DNA of 64,000 bases. Source: Chiloscyllium plagiosum (taxonomy: Eukaryota). The notes beneath the pieces were generated by a model. It did not search any database. It was not told the origin of the DNA and was given only the letters and a program-made list of their open reading frames with translations. Positions 11,561-24,984 of the stretch are shown piece after piece (the stretch's first letter is position 1; the number at the start of each line of letters is the position of its first letter). Made by a program: the position numbers and the translations under genes. The DNA lies in contig NC_057754.1 in the NCBI RefSeq assembly GCF_004010195.1, positions 8,802,566 to 8,866,565 of the forward strand. Reading direction: 5' to 3'.

Positions 11561-14529
11561 GATTGCACAATGTTAATGACTCCATCAGCTGAAGCAGTCC
11601 TGTCGCTATATAGTCAGGGATGTTGTGCTTCTGGACCATGCAAGATTGCCACACTGACATCTCTACACTCTGGTTTTATAACAGGCTGGACAGATTTCAT
11701 TGCATCTGGTCCCATTCCACTTCTGTTCCAGTACCAAATGTCCTTGGATAGACTTAGTATGAAATGGGCAGACAATCTTACCACTTTGTTCAGCAAAGGG
11801 CTAAGTAGGTAGGCTGCAACAAGCTGAACTGTTAGTGAGATTATTATTTCCCATGTGTTTGGCAGTTTGTGGATTTTGCCCATTAAATTTCAGAAGTACC
11901 CATGTGGAAGCCTGAAGCCTTAGCCCATCTCCTGAACTCTCTGGATTTCCGTGAGTTGAGATTTCTCTGTGAGGAGAGTATCACCTTGTATCACACAAAC
12001 CAGGGGGTGGAGGTGTAGACTTTTCAACAGAGGGAATTGAAGACTGCTAAATATGTTTGCATGGCCCAGACATGGGGGAAAGAAATTTGAAGGGGATGTG
12101 GACAGGCAGCTGTTTTCTTCCAAGTGCAGCCACAGGCTATGTATTGTGATGGGATGTTCATGTAAATCTGTACACATTCTGGTACAATGCAGTTAGAGAA
12201 ACATAAGATAGAGTAGTGGTGGGTGGGGCCAGATTTGGTCATGGGAGCTAATCATGAAATAATGACAGCTTCGGGAGACCTCCACCTGATCTTAATTCAT
12301 TCAGAGAAAGCTTTGTGTTTCCCCTTTTACCCTCTATTTCTCTCAAAAGGTTTTCTGAGCATTTTTCTCCATTACTCCTGCTGTTGGAGCAAAACATTTT
12401 CTGTCATTGGCTCAAATTTAATGCAAAGAGGAAACAATTCCAAGAGGAACTAAGATGGAGGACGGGAAAAATTTCTGGTTGTAACAGTTGCTTCGTTATT
12501 GAGGTATCTCTGTGACTTTAAGTCATCAGCTTATTTACATCCTATTGAGTCTCCTCTCTCATTCTGAAGACAGACTGAACCTATTCATTTGAGTTGGCTT
12601 TGGTTAAAATGGTCAGAAGTTTAACTCCAAGAAATTGAGCTATCCTAACTTTACTGACTATAAATTCCCCCCATATTTAATTGGAGGCAGTTCTGTGTAT
12701 TGACATTGGACAAAATGTTCTAGAAAAGAAGCATTAACTAATTGAGAGCTCAAGTTCATTTTTATAACATTTAAAGGCCTCAAGAAATAAATAGATATAT
12801 CTCTGACAGAAAGAGCTGTGTTAATGTTGTGTGCACCTGACTATGCTTCAAGACACCTGGGGCATAGTCACGTGACCTGTTGTTCATAAACAATTCATGT
12901 TTCAACACTGCAAAACATTCAACCTTTGAAGAGGTTTATGTTAAATGCTGAAAGTAAGATGAAATGTATTTATAGCAACTCATTGACTGAAGGGGTGCAA
13001 TAAAGATGGAACAGAGGTGTGTGGAGAACAAGGCTGCTGACTTTTTCATCTCAGGTTCCCCCTTGCTGTTATAAAATTTGTTTTCAACAATGGCAGACCA
13101 TGTCCTGTTCGATTATACTTGTGTTGAGGGTAGTCGATGGTCACCATGAGGTTGGCTGGTGGACAGTCGCTGGATGGGCAGGTCTATGACTGGAGGGAAG
13201 CATTAGATTTGGGGATGAGGTGACGTTAATCAGGGTGGAACTGAACAAAGTTAAGTGTGCAGAGGACCAAAGTTCAAGTGAAGATTTGCACAACAGTGTG
13301 GCAAGGCTGGGATGGAAATGGGCAATTGTTTTAAGGTGAATGTAGACTGTTGGTATTTAGTTATGAGGCTTGAAGTGCAGTTTTAGGCTGGACATTACTG
13401 ACTACTATGTTATACTGTTACAAACTGTCTCTCTACACTACCCTAACATATCCTCCTCGATCATCCATCATGAATGGGAACAGATTAAAGACCCTTCTAT
13501 TACTGTACCCAAGGGGCAAGAGAGGATGTAGATAGAGAGAAACTACTTCTGTAAGTTGGAATCTCTAGGGAGAGAAGGTGGAATCTAAAAATTAAAGCCA
13601 TACTTTCAAGAGTCAAATTACAAATCTTCCACTCTTTGACATTTGATGGCATTACCGTCACTGAATCTTTTACAATCAACATCCTGGGGATTACCACTGA
13701 TCAGGAACTGGACTGGATTGGACCTAACTAACAGCATTGTGGCAGTGGTTCAAGGAGGCAGCTCACCTCCACCTTCTAGAGGGATGGATGACAAATGCTG
13801 ACCTTGTCGTCGAGATCCACATCCACAAAAGGATGTATGTGTACCCGATACCCATTTGCTCCTCTATTCCATTTACATTCCTTTATATTACATTAGTGTG
13901 TGTTTAACATATGTCAGTTGTATTCCACTGTAAGTTTATTCATACGTTCCAAAGTTTAGCTCATTAATATCAATTCTGGATTATTTAACTGGATGAGGGC
14001 ATTGCTGGCAAGGCCATCATTTGTTGCTCATGTCTAATTGGTCTTGAAATGAGTGGCTTGCTGGGCCAGTTCAGAGGGCAACTCCGAGCTACCACATTGT
14101 GGAGGTCTGAAGTCACATGTCAGCTAGACCAGGTTCTTTCTTGAAAAGGACATTAGTGAATCAGATGAATCTTCACAACAATCGTGATAATTGTCCTGGT
14201 CACTATTACAAAGACTAGTTTTTCATGCCACCATCTGTCCTTTATTATTGGTGTGTGGGAACCTGCTGTGCACAAACATGTTCGCATCTTTACTCACATC
14301 CACTTGAGAGGTACTTAATTGGTCATAATGTGCTTTTTAGACATTGGTCATGAAACGTGCAAAATGAACACAAGTCTTCCTTTAACAGACCAACACTGAG
14401 TCTCATTGAACACGAATCAAGATTCCATTTACAGGGTTTATTTTAAAAATGCAAGAGGAGCACCAATGGCCAGTCCTAAGGTGAGAACTCCTGGATGCAA
14501 GAAATGACTCAACCAGGCCCTTGCAGTAA

Positions 14530-15227
14530 TCAGTGGATTTGCAGGTGTATTAGCAGGGTGAATGACCAAGTGGAGGCTTTTCCATATACTGAGCAGGTGA
14601 ACGGCCTCTCCCCGCTGTGACTGCGCCGATGCTGGGTCAGTGCCCATGAAGTCTTGAAGTTTTTTTTGACAGTCTGAGCACTGAAAGGGTATCTCGTCGG
14701 AGTGGATCCGCTGATGAACGAGCAGGTTGAATGATAAAGTGAATCCCTTGCCGCACTCGGAGCAAATGTAAGGCCACTCTCCAGTGTATAGCCGCCGGTG
14801 TTTGATCAGGTTGGAAGACTGACCAAATCCCTTGCCACACTCTGGGCAGATGAACGGCCTCTCCCCGGTGTGGAGCCGCCAATGCTGCAACAGCTGGCGG
14901 GAGCTCCTGAAGCATTTCTCGCAGTCAGTGCACGGGAAGGGCCTCGTCAGTGTGGACTTGCTGGTGGGACAGCAGGCTGGAAGACTGAGTGAATCCCATG
15001 CCGCGCACTGTGCAGGTGAATGGTCTCTTCCCAGTGTGTACATACTGGTGCATTTCCAGCTGGTAAGGGTAACTGAAGCTCTTCCCACAGCGCCCACATT
15101 GATGTGGCTGCTCCCTCGCATGACTGCGCAGATGCCTCAGCAGATTGGATGATCGGCTGAACGAGCGATGACAAATGCAGCAGGCATGTGGTGTCCCCTA
15201 ACTGTAGTTGCTACTTTCCCGCTCCAT
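14530..15227 (-). pseudogene. C2H2 zinc-finger pseudogene (~8 fingers)
   Basis: ATG 15227 (MERESSNYS) followed by TAG at codon 10 (15198-15200); frameshifts near 14945 and in the T/A run ~14660; lost Cys/His ligands; AATAAA ~14437. Confidence 0.85.
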
Positions 15228-16689
15228 TGACAAAGACTCGCTCTAAATCGACTGAACGATTGGGATATTGGTGTTGACTTTGGTTCGAGTTTCCTGCCTG
15301 CAAATCATTCATTCATTACAGGCAGCTAGCATGAATATTTCCTGTAAGCACAGGATAGAAATTCAGAAGAGACTATTTTCAGCCTTAGCTTTATCTCCTT
15401 CCAAATTGCACTTAATGGGTCATGTATGGGTCAGTGACATTGTCCTTTCAATTAAAGAACAACTGCTTAGGCTTGCATAATAGCTTCAATAGCTGGGTAC
15501 GTTGTATCAAGTATATTAGAGTTGATCACCAAAAGCTTGTTCAAAGAGCCAGTTTTTAAGAACCATCGTAAAGGATAGAGAGAGAGCATGCAGTAGAGAG
15601 ATTTAGAGAGGGAATTCCAAGCTTAGGGTCCAAGTAGCTGAAGTTGCAACCATCAGCGGTGGAATGACTAAAACCAGGGATGCTAAGAGGCCAGAATCAG
15701 AGGAAGGTGGAGATGTCAGAGGGATGTATTGCTGGAAGACCTCACAGAGATAGAAGGGAAGGAGGACCATGGAAACATTTGTAAATATGATCAAATATTT
15801 TTAAATCAAGACATTGCTCAACGAAGAGTCAATGCAGGTTAGCAAGCCTGGAGTGTGCTCAGGGGTGAATTGGGACTATGTGTGAGCTAGGACACTGGGC
15901 AGCAGAATTTTGAATAACATCAAGATTCAGAGAGTAGAATGTGGGTACTAGTAAGGAGGGCCTTGGAATAATAGTGTCAAAATAATAAATGAAAAGTAAA
16001 TAACAGAGGCACAAAATGAACATTTGTACATGCAAATAGCCTTTTTAATTTGAAGCCTGCATTCAGTAGGATCATAGATAATCTGGTTGTGGTATAAATT
16101 GTATTTCTGTCTGCTCTATCCCTCATGTTGACTCCCTTGTCTGTCAAAAAAACCTAACCATCTCAGTCTTAAACAAGCCCACCCCACACTGTTCCCTATG
16201 GAAGAGGTTTCCAAAGACGTATGATCCTGTGAAAGAGAAAAACCTTTCCTCGTCTCTGTCCTACAACCTCTTAAGAATTCTTAAACCTTGCCCCCCGATT
16301 CTGTGCTCTCCCGAAGTTCAAACATCCTCTTAAAATCCACATAAAGACTCTTCAGGAAGTCGTATATTTCAATAAGATCACCTCTGATTCTTCCAATCTC
16401 CTGTGGGTGTAGGCCTAAACCATTCAACCTATCTTCAAAAGAAAACCCCTTCATCTCAGGAACGAGTAAAGATGTATTTTCTCTGAATTGCTTTTTAACA
16501 AAGATACAAATGAGAGTTTGTGGTGAAACGGTTAAAAATTATGTCCCAATACATGTGTGAATCTAACCGGAATGGAGGTGTTGCTTAGTCCCGTGTGAAT
16601 CTTATTACACACCTCCCCGTGTGAATCTTCTTATCTGTATGTAACCAGAATGGAATGTGTTTTTTAGCCTTGCTCTGCTGTTCACATGA

Positions 16690-16930
16690 ATGTTTATATC
16701 TGGAAAAGAGTATATCAGCTGGAAAAGTCTCCAGTTCGGTGAGTCTGCTCCGGGGTTGCGTTTAACCGCCGAGCGTGGGTTGTTGGCAACCGCTCTACGA
16801 GAACTGACGGCTCCCAGTTCCGGTAACATGTAGAGTGAGTATAAGCCAGACCCGTTGTAAGTATGAGACCTGGTTGTGGCGACGCTGCGGGGAATAAAAT
16901 GCTCATATTCTAGCAGACTCGCCTCTTGGT
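16690..16930. promoter_or_regulatory. Small CpG-rich patch, possible promoter
   Basis: Local CpG enrichment, ETS-like TTCCGG, RFX-like GTTGTTGGCAAC, + strand donor CG|GTGAGT at 16739. Confidence 0.4.
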
Positions 16931-17357
16931 CATTTGTTCTGTGTCAGACTACTCTCCTGCGAACCTGACCTTGAGAATTTTTTTAAAACAGAGTTTCAGC
17001 AGAAGACTTGAAACAAAGGTGAAGCTAAGTGATGTTAGGGTGGTCTTAATGCCAAAGATCAAATGTGACACCTCAGCCTCAAGAGGTTGCCATGCAGAGG
17101 GACAAAGTCAGCAGTTTGGATCCGGAACTTCAATTAAATATCGGGAGCATTGGAGGGAACATCTGTTCATCCACAACCGGATGTCAGACAAGTCATCACC
17201 TCTTGCACAGACAGAGGGACAATGAAACGCTGATGCAGTGAGACAGGCTGCCCCATTAATTAGAGACAGATTTGAGCTCTTAAGAGATGAGGAAATGACT
17301 ATTCCATTAACTGGCTGCTCACAAACGTTTACCAGGAACATTTAACTCAGATAATGC

Positions 17358-20300
17358 AGAGTGAAAGTACAAAGGACCAGAATTGCACGCAATATTCAAC
17401 AGTGGCTTAACCAATGTCCTGTACTCAATACTCTGACCAATAAAGGAAAGCATACCAAACACCGCCTTCACTATCCTATCTACCTGCGACTCCACTTTCA
17501 AGGAGCTATGAACCTGCACTCCAAGGTCTCTTTGTTCAGCAACACTCCTTGGGAAGTTACCATTAAGTATATAAGTCCTGTTAAGATTTGCTTTCCCAAA
17601 ATGCAGCACCTTGCATTTATCCGAATTAACTCCATCTGCCACTTCTCAGCCCATTGGCCCATCTGGTCAAGATTGTGTTATAATCTGAGGTCACCCTCTT
17701 CGCTGTCCACTACACCTCCAATTTTGGTGTCATCTGCAAACTTACTAACTGTACCTCTTATGCTCACATCTAAATCATTTATATAAAGGACCCAGCACCG
17801 ATTCTTGTGGCACTCCACTGGTCACAGGCCTCCAGTCTGAAAAACAACCCTCCACCACCACCCCCTGTCTTCTACCTTTGAGCCAGTTCTGTATCCAAAT
17901 GGCTAGTTCTCCCTGCATTCCCTGAGATCTAACCTTGCTAATCAGTCTCCCATGGGGAACCTTGTCAAGCGCCTTACTGAAATCCATACTGATCACATCT
18001 ACCGCTCTGCCCTCATCAATCCTCTTTGTTACTTCCTCAAAAAATTCAATCAAGTTTGTGAGACATGATTTCCCACGCACAAAACCATGTTGCCTATCCA
18101 TATTCAGTCCTTGCCTTTCCAAATACAGGTACATCCTGTCCCACAGGATTCCCTCCAACAACGTGCCCACCACTGACATCAGGCTCACTGTTCTGTAGTT
18201 TCCTGGCTTGTCCTTACCACCCTTCTTAAACAGTGGCACCACGTTAGCCAACCTCCAGTCTTCCGGCACCTCACCGGTGACTACCGTTGATACAAATAAC
18301 TCAGCAAGAGATCTAGCAATCACTTCTCTATCTTCCCACAGAGTTCTAGGGTACACATGATCAGGTCCTAGGGATTTATCCACTTTTATGCATTTCAAGA
18401 CATCCAGCACTTCCTCCTCTGTAATATGGACATTTTGCAAGATGTCGCCATCTATTTCCCTACAGTCTATATCTTCCTTATCCTTTTCCACAGTAAATAC
18501 TGATGCAAAATACTCATTTAGTATCTCCCCCATTTTCTGCGGCTCCACACAAAGGCTGCCTTGCTGATCTTTGAGGGGACCTATTCTGTCCCCAGTTACC
18601 TTTTTGTCCTTTATGTATTTGTAAAAACTCTTTGGATTCTCCTTAATTCTACTTGCCAAAGCTATATCATGTCCCCTTTTTGCCCTCCTGATTTCCCTCT
18701 TAAATATATTCCTACTTTCTTTATACTCTTCTACTCATCCAGCATTCCCTATACCTACCAGCCTTCCCTTTCACCCTGACAGGAATATATTTTCTCTGGT
18801 TCCCTTTCACCCTGACAGGAATATATTTTCTCTGGATTCTTGTTATGTCATTTCTGAAGGCTTCCCATTTTCCAGCCGTCCCTTTACCTGTGAACATCTG
18901 CCCCTTATCAGCTTTCGAAAGTTCTTACCTAATACCGTCAAAATTGGCCTTTCTCCAAGTTAGAACTTCAACTTTTAGATCTGGTCTATCCTTTTCCATC
19001 ATTATTTTAAATCTAATAGAATTATGGTCGCTGGCCCCAAAGCGCTTCCCCACTGACACCTCAGTCACCTGCCCTGCCTTATTTCCCAAGAGTAGGTCAA
19101 GTTTTGCACCTTCTCTAGTAGGTACATCCACATACTGAATCAGAAAATTGTCTTGTACACATAACAAATTCCTCTCCACCTAAACACTTAACACTATGGC
19201 AGTCCCAGTCGATGTGTGTAAAGTTAAAATCCCCTACCATTACCACCCTGTTTTTCTTACAGATAGCTGAGATCTCCTTACAAGTTTGTTTCTCAATTTC
19301 CCTGACTATGAGGGCATCTATGATACAATCCCAATAAGGTGATCATCCCTTTCTTATTTCTCAATAACTTCCCTGGATGTATTTCCAGGAATATCCTCCC
19401 TCAGCACAGTTGTAATCCTATCCCTTATCAAAAATGCCACTCCCCCTCCTCTCTTGCCTCCCTTTCTATCCTTCCTGTAACATTTGTATCCTGGAACATT
19501 AAGCTGCCAGTCCTGCCCATCCCTGAGCCATGTTTCTGTAATTGCTATGATATCCCAGTCCCATTTCCTAATCATGCTCTGAGTTCATCTGCCTTCCCTG
19601 TTAGGCCCCTAGCATTGAAATAAATGCAGTTTAATTTATTCATCCTACCTTGTCCCTGCTTGCCCTGATTGTTTGACTCACTTCTGTTCTCAACTGTACC
19701 AGTCTCAGATTGCTCTCGTTCCTCACTAATTCCCTGGATCCCATCCCCCCATCTTACTAGTTTATGGGCGGCACGGTGGCACAGTGGTTAGCACTGCTGC
19801 CTCACAGCACCAGAGACCCGGGTTCAATTCCCACCTCAGGCAACTGACTGTGTGGAGTTTGCACATTCTCCCCGTGTCTGCGTGGGTTTCCTCCGGGTGC
19901 TCCAGTTTCCTCCCACAGTCCAAAGTTGTGCAGGTTAGGTGAATTGTCCATGCTAAATTGCCCGTAGTGTTAGGTGCAGGGGTAAATGTAGGGGAATGGG
20001 TCTGGGTGGGTGCGCCTTGGTGGGTTGGTGTGGACTTGTTGGGCCAAAGGGCCTGTTTCCACACTGTAAGTAATCTAATCTAAATCCTACCAAGCAGTTC
20101 TAGCAAATCTCCCTGCTAGTATATTAGTCCCTTCCAATTTAGGTGCAATCCGTCCTTCTTGTACAGGTCACTTCTGCCCCAAAAGAGATTCCAATGATCC
20201 AAAAATGTGAATCTTTCTCCCATAACCAGCACCTCAGTCATGCGTTCATCTGCTCTATTCTCCTACTCCTGCCCTCATTAACTCGTAGCACCAGGAATAA

Positions 20301-21170
20301 TCCAAATATTACTACTCTCGAGGACCTCTTTTTTAAATTTCTGCCTAACTCTCTGCAATCACTCTTCAGAATCTCAACCTTTTCCCTTCCTATGTTGTTG
20401 GTTCCAATGTGGACAATGACCTCTTGCTGGCCCCCCTCCCCTGTGAGAACATTCTGCACCGTCTCCGAGACATCCTTGGTCCTGGCACCAGGGAAGCGAC
20501 ACACCATTCTGCTTTTTCACTGCTGGCCACAGAAACATCTGTCTGTACCTCGACCTAGAGAATCCCCTAACACAATTGATCTCTTGGAACCCAACGTCCC
20601 CTCATTGCATTACAGCCAGTCTCCATACCAGAAATTTGACTGTTCGTACAACGCTCCCCTGAGAATCCATCAATCCTACATTTTCCAAAACAGCATACCT
20701 GTTTGAAATGGGTATATCCACAAGAGACTCCTGCACTCCTACCTCTCTTACCCTTCCTGGAGTTAACCCATCTATGTGACTGTATCTGAGACTTTCCCCC
20801 CCTTCCTATAACTGCCATCCATCACATACTATAGCTGTTGCAAATTCCTCATTGCTTCTAACTGTCTCTCCAACCGATCCATTCGATCTGATAAGATTTG
20901 CATCCAACAGTATTTATGGCAGATATAATCCACAGTAACCCTTAAACTCTCTTTAAACTCTCACATCTGACAAGAGGTACATATCACTCTATTAAAGGCC
21001 ATTTTTGCTCCTTCACAATCTACAAACCCAGAAAATAACATTGTCATATTCCTCCACAAACACTGCCCCAGGTTAAATAAATAGTTATGGCTTATATTTT
21101 AAGTTTAATCAAGAGACATCTCCAAAAACACATAATCAAGAAAGAACCTACTCTACTCACTTGCTCCCGA
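17358..21170 (-). mobile_element. Long CR1 (HER1-like) LINE: ORF1 esterase, endonuclease and RT, disrupted
   Basis: ORF1 FPGARTKDV...VHIGTNNIG (SGNH esterase); EN DIIAITETWL, GASDHNSI; RT 17775-18659 VPEDWRLANVVPLFKKG, QHGF, DFSKALDKVPH; internal deletion near 17780; 36-bp tandem duplication ~18763-18835. Confidence 0.95.
19766..20083 (+). mobile_element. HE1-type V-SINE, full length
   Basis: tRNA head GGGCGGCACGGTGGCACAGTGGTTAGC...GGTTCAATTCC, V core, CR1-like tail ending (TAATC)n. Confidence 0.92.
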
Positions 21171-22689
21171 TCTACTGTAGCTAGCCCGCTCATGATTTTG
21201 AAAACCTCTCTCTGACTTACTCTTTGCCTCTCCAAGGAGGACGGTCCCAACTTCTTCAATCTACCCTCCAATCACAATATTTCAATTCCAAGTAAGGGAA
21301 ACAAGATTGAGGAATGGATACTTTGACATCTTTTCATCCAAACGCTGGTGGTGAAGATCTGAAACGCATTGCCTGAAAAGCTGGTCGAGGTTGAAACCCT
21401 AATCTGCAGCTCACCACATCTTCTTAAGGGCAACTAGAGATGGGCAATAAATGCTGATGAATGAATAATTTTAAAAAAACACACGCTTTGAAACAGCTGG
21501 ATACAAATTTGAAATGCTATAACCTAAAATAACAGAAAGAACATGACCTGAGAGAAACTAAAATAACAACCTGTGTGTGATTCATAAGGATTACAGCCCA
21601 GGAGCAGGCCATTCACCGCATCCAGCTGGAGCTGATTCTCTGAAGATGCAATTTAGATGTGGAACAAGCAGGGTGATTTTTTTTCAGGTGCAAGGAAAAG
21701 GTGGAGAGGAGAGGGGTGGTTGGGAGGTTGAACTAGGGGTTGTTGATGTACATGCACGATTATATACTGTGTTTTCTTCATGTCACCAAGGAAGAGCAGA
21801 TAGATGAGAAATAGCAGGGAGCCACAAAAACACATTTGGAGGCATACATACAGACACACGAACACATTCACTGACATGCAAACACGGACACAAATGCATC
21901 GAGTCACACTAATATGACAAAGAGCAAATATTTGGTGACTGAGGTTTTGGAACCTCAAAAGGACAAAGAGTGAGGATTTTTAGTGAAGTCTTTTCCTTTA
22001 AACACTTGCAAGGAAGGCACTGGGAAACCAATACATGTATTCTATTCACAGTTATATTACTCGTGGTTCATTGATATTGATGTGGGACCGACGTGTGATT
22101 TAAGAAGAGGGCCCAAAAAAATCAAGAAAAGAGCAGAGGACTTGCCCTTGTGCAGATCACTAGTTATGCTCATTTTAGACCCAACACCCCACCTCTTCCC
22201 AAATGTAAATTTCCATGCCACACTCTATCCCTTCTCCCTGGGCTGAAATCCAGACTCACATGCCATCATCTTCATTGCCCAGCTAATGTTGATCATTGTA
22301 ACAGGAAGCTAAGTTAGCTGGTTACTCATCAGACAGCATCTGCAGTCCTCACTTCTCCTATTCGTCAGAGTGTCGCTTAAAAAAACTGTTTTTCTTTAAA
22401 ATCACTTGGTCAGTAAGGGATGTACAGTCAGAGTGAGCCACACTGAGACAAGATACTGAATACCTGAAATTTAATTCAAAATGGGAATTCAATGCATTGT
22501 GGAAAAGTGTGTTTTAAGTTAGGTTTAATGTAAGAAGTTAAGTCGGCTAAGTGGGGAGTTCAGTGAAGCTGGTGGGGGGAGGGGGGTAAGGAGTTGTTCC
22601 TTTCTAAACTGCTGTTAGGACCTGTGTCTCAAAGTTCATAAATTTTGGAAAAAATACATTTAGAAAAAAAACTAAAAAAAAAAATCGAT

Positions 22690-23206
22690 ACTGGTCTCCC
22701 TCCTTTCGGAAGGATGTTGTGAAGCTTGGAAGGGTTCAGAAAAGATTTACAAGAATGTTTCCAGGGTTGAGAGTTTGAGCTATAGTGAGAGGCTGAGGCT
22801 GTTTTCCCTGGATCGTCGGAGGCTGAGAGGTGATGTTATAGAGGTTTATAAAATCATGAGGGGCATGGATACAGTAAATAGACAAGGACTTTTCCCTGGA
22901 GTGGGGGAGTCCAGAACAAGAGGGCATAGATTTAGGGTGAGAGCGGGAAGATTTAAAAGGGACCTAAGGAGCAACTTTTTCATGCAGAGGATGGTGCATG
23001 TATGGAATGAGCTGCAAGCGGAAGTGGTGGAGGCTGGTACAATACAACATTTAAAAGGCATTTGGGTGGGTTTATGAATAGGAAGGACTTAGAGGGATAT
23101 GGGCCAAGTGCTGGCAAATGGGGTTATATTAATTTAGGATATCTAGTCAGCATGGACAAGTTGGAATTGAAAAGTCTATTTCCATTCTGTACATCTCTAT
23201 GACTCT
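22690..23206 (+). mobile_element. CR1 3' fragment inserted in older CR1 ORF1 remnants
   Basis: RLRGDVIEVYKIMRG, SRTRGHRFRVR; tail CTCTATGACTCT. Confidence 0.88.
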
Positions 23207-23832
23207 GAATCTAAGTAACACAAAAGCCTGATGAAGGTGTGCCATCTGTGGCACGTGGAGAGTCATAGACACTTTACGATTTGGATAAGCACATAAGCAG
23301 GAAGTGCTACCAGCTGAACAAGCTTGAGTTATGGGTTTCAGAGCTCAAGAAGCAACTGGACTAACTGTGGTATATCCATGAGGCTGGGAACTTTGTTGGT
23401 AGCGTAATCAGATAGGTGATCACACACAGGCTAGGCACATGCAGGTAGAGAAGCATCAGGTGACCACCAGGCAGTTGAAGAGAGCCAGACAGCTATTGCA
23501 GCACTCCCGGAGGCCATCTCTCAAAACTTTAACAATGTAGAATGGCAAGAGGTAAACATAGAGCACCACTGATGGTCCAGATCTACAGGAAGATGAGTGG
23601 GAGAGCAATCGTGGTGAGGGAACAAACAGACATGTCTATGGCTATAGACATGACTCCAAGAATGCTAATGTTGCCTCTCTCCTGCCAGGATCAAGGCTAT
23701 CACATGCAGTTGCAGGACATTGATAAGGATGGGTGGGTGAGCAGCCAAAGCCCACGTTGGTACCAATGGCAAAGGTAAAGGAGGGGGGGAAATGTAGTCC
23801 TGCAGTGCGATAATCAAATCAGTCATCACCGT

Positions 23833-24066
23833 GGGCGGCACGGTGGCACAGTGGTTAGCACTGCTGCCTCACAGCGCCTGAGACCCGGGTTCAATTCACA
23901 TCACAAAAGATGTGCAGGGTCAGGTGAATTGGCCATGCTAAATTGCCCGTAGTGTTAGGTAAGGGGTAAATGTAGGGGTATGGGTGGGTTTCGCTTCGGC
24001 GGGTCGGTGTGGACTTGTTGGGCCGAAGGGCCTGTTTCCACACTGTAATGTAATCTAATCTAATCT
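23833..24066 (+). mobile_element. HE1-type SINE with internal deletion
   Basis: Head and tail match the 19766 copy; core between GGTTCAATTC and AAAGATGTGC is missing. Confidence 0.88.
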
Positions 24067-24069
24067 CTC

Positions 24070-24520
24070 ATGGTGACTGGGGTGTTGACGCCCAGCTCAC
24101 ATCCAGTTCCCTCACCAAGATGGCTGTCCATTCGCTGTGCTCTCCGCACCTACCTTTCCAAAGATGGAGGGAGGTTGAACGGTTGCCTGGGTAACCTCGG
24201 GACGGCCCTCCTCCCTGATCCGCCCTGACACCCACTCACAAAATGGCGATCAGCGAGACCGCTCCCCCGAGGCCTGATCCCGCCCGCACGATAAATACGG
24301 CACCGAAGGACTCTCATTCAAGGTCCCAGCCTTACCTTTAGGAATTGATGAAGTTACCAGGCCCCAGTGTCGTGGTTTCCATCCCTACCCTGTCTCAATC
24401 TCCTGCCACCGCCACCTGAAATGTCCGCCCCTCAGCTTGTCGCTATGACTGACATTGAGCATGCTCAGAGCACTGTCCGATCCGCGGCTGCGCACTGGAT
24501 TCCTGTTCCCTGGAAATCTA
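24070..24520 (-). promoter_or_regulatory. CpG island with non-coding first exon
   Basis: Consensus minus-strand donor AAG|GTAAGG (exon ends 24336); YY1-like CAAGATGGC, AAAGATGG and CAAAATGGCG in the adjacent intron; GC boxes. Confidence 0.7.
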
Positions 24521-24984
24521 ATTTTGCATAAATCTACCAGAGTAAAATAGACCAAATTAATCTTTGAAATGTGTTGAAAGAGAATTGATGAAAATTCCTG
24601 GAGCATAAACTCCGGCATGGTCTGGTCAGGCTGAATGCCCTGTTTTTGTTAACACTGTCATGCTAAATATCTGAATTTTAAAAATGCTGGAAGAACATGT
24701 ATGGCAGCATTTGTGGCGAGAGAAACAGAATGAAAATGTCAAATTCAATGACTTCTAGAATTCAATAGCCCGTTTCTGTTCTGCGTATCCTGTGTAATCA
24801 TTGAAAGGTTTCAACCTGGAGAGGCAGTAGGACACCCACAATAGGGAGAAATCGTGGAAAAGTGGGGACATTGAGAATTCGTTTTAAAATCCCTTGAAGC
24901 TAGAAAGTTTTCAGTGAAATTGCACTGGGATGAGGCTATTCACTTGCTACATGCCTGGGTAGATCGACTTAGCCATCCAGTTTC

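Noticed and set aside
17775-18659. 294-aa RT ORF as a domesticated gene
   Set aside because: Ordinary CR1 fragment, cut by a deletion before the catalytic motif and flanked by frameshifts
19766-19835. SINE heads as functional tRNA genes
   Set aside because: They continue directly into the HE1 core and LINE-type tail
21577-21958. Possible host exon or short ORFs near a CA-rich tract
   Set aside because: No recognisable homology or consistent splice pair
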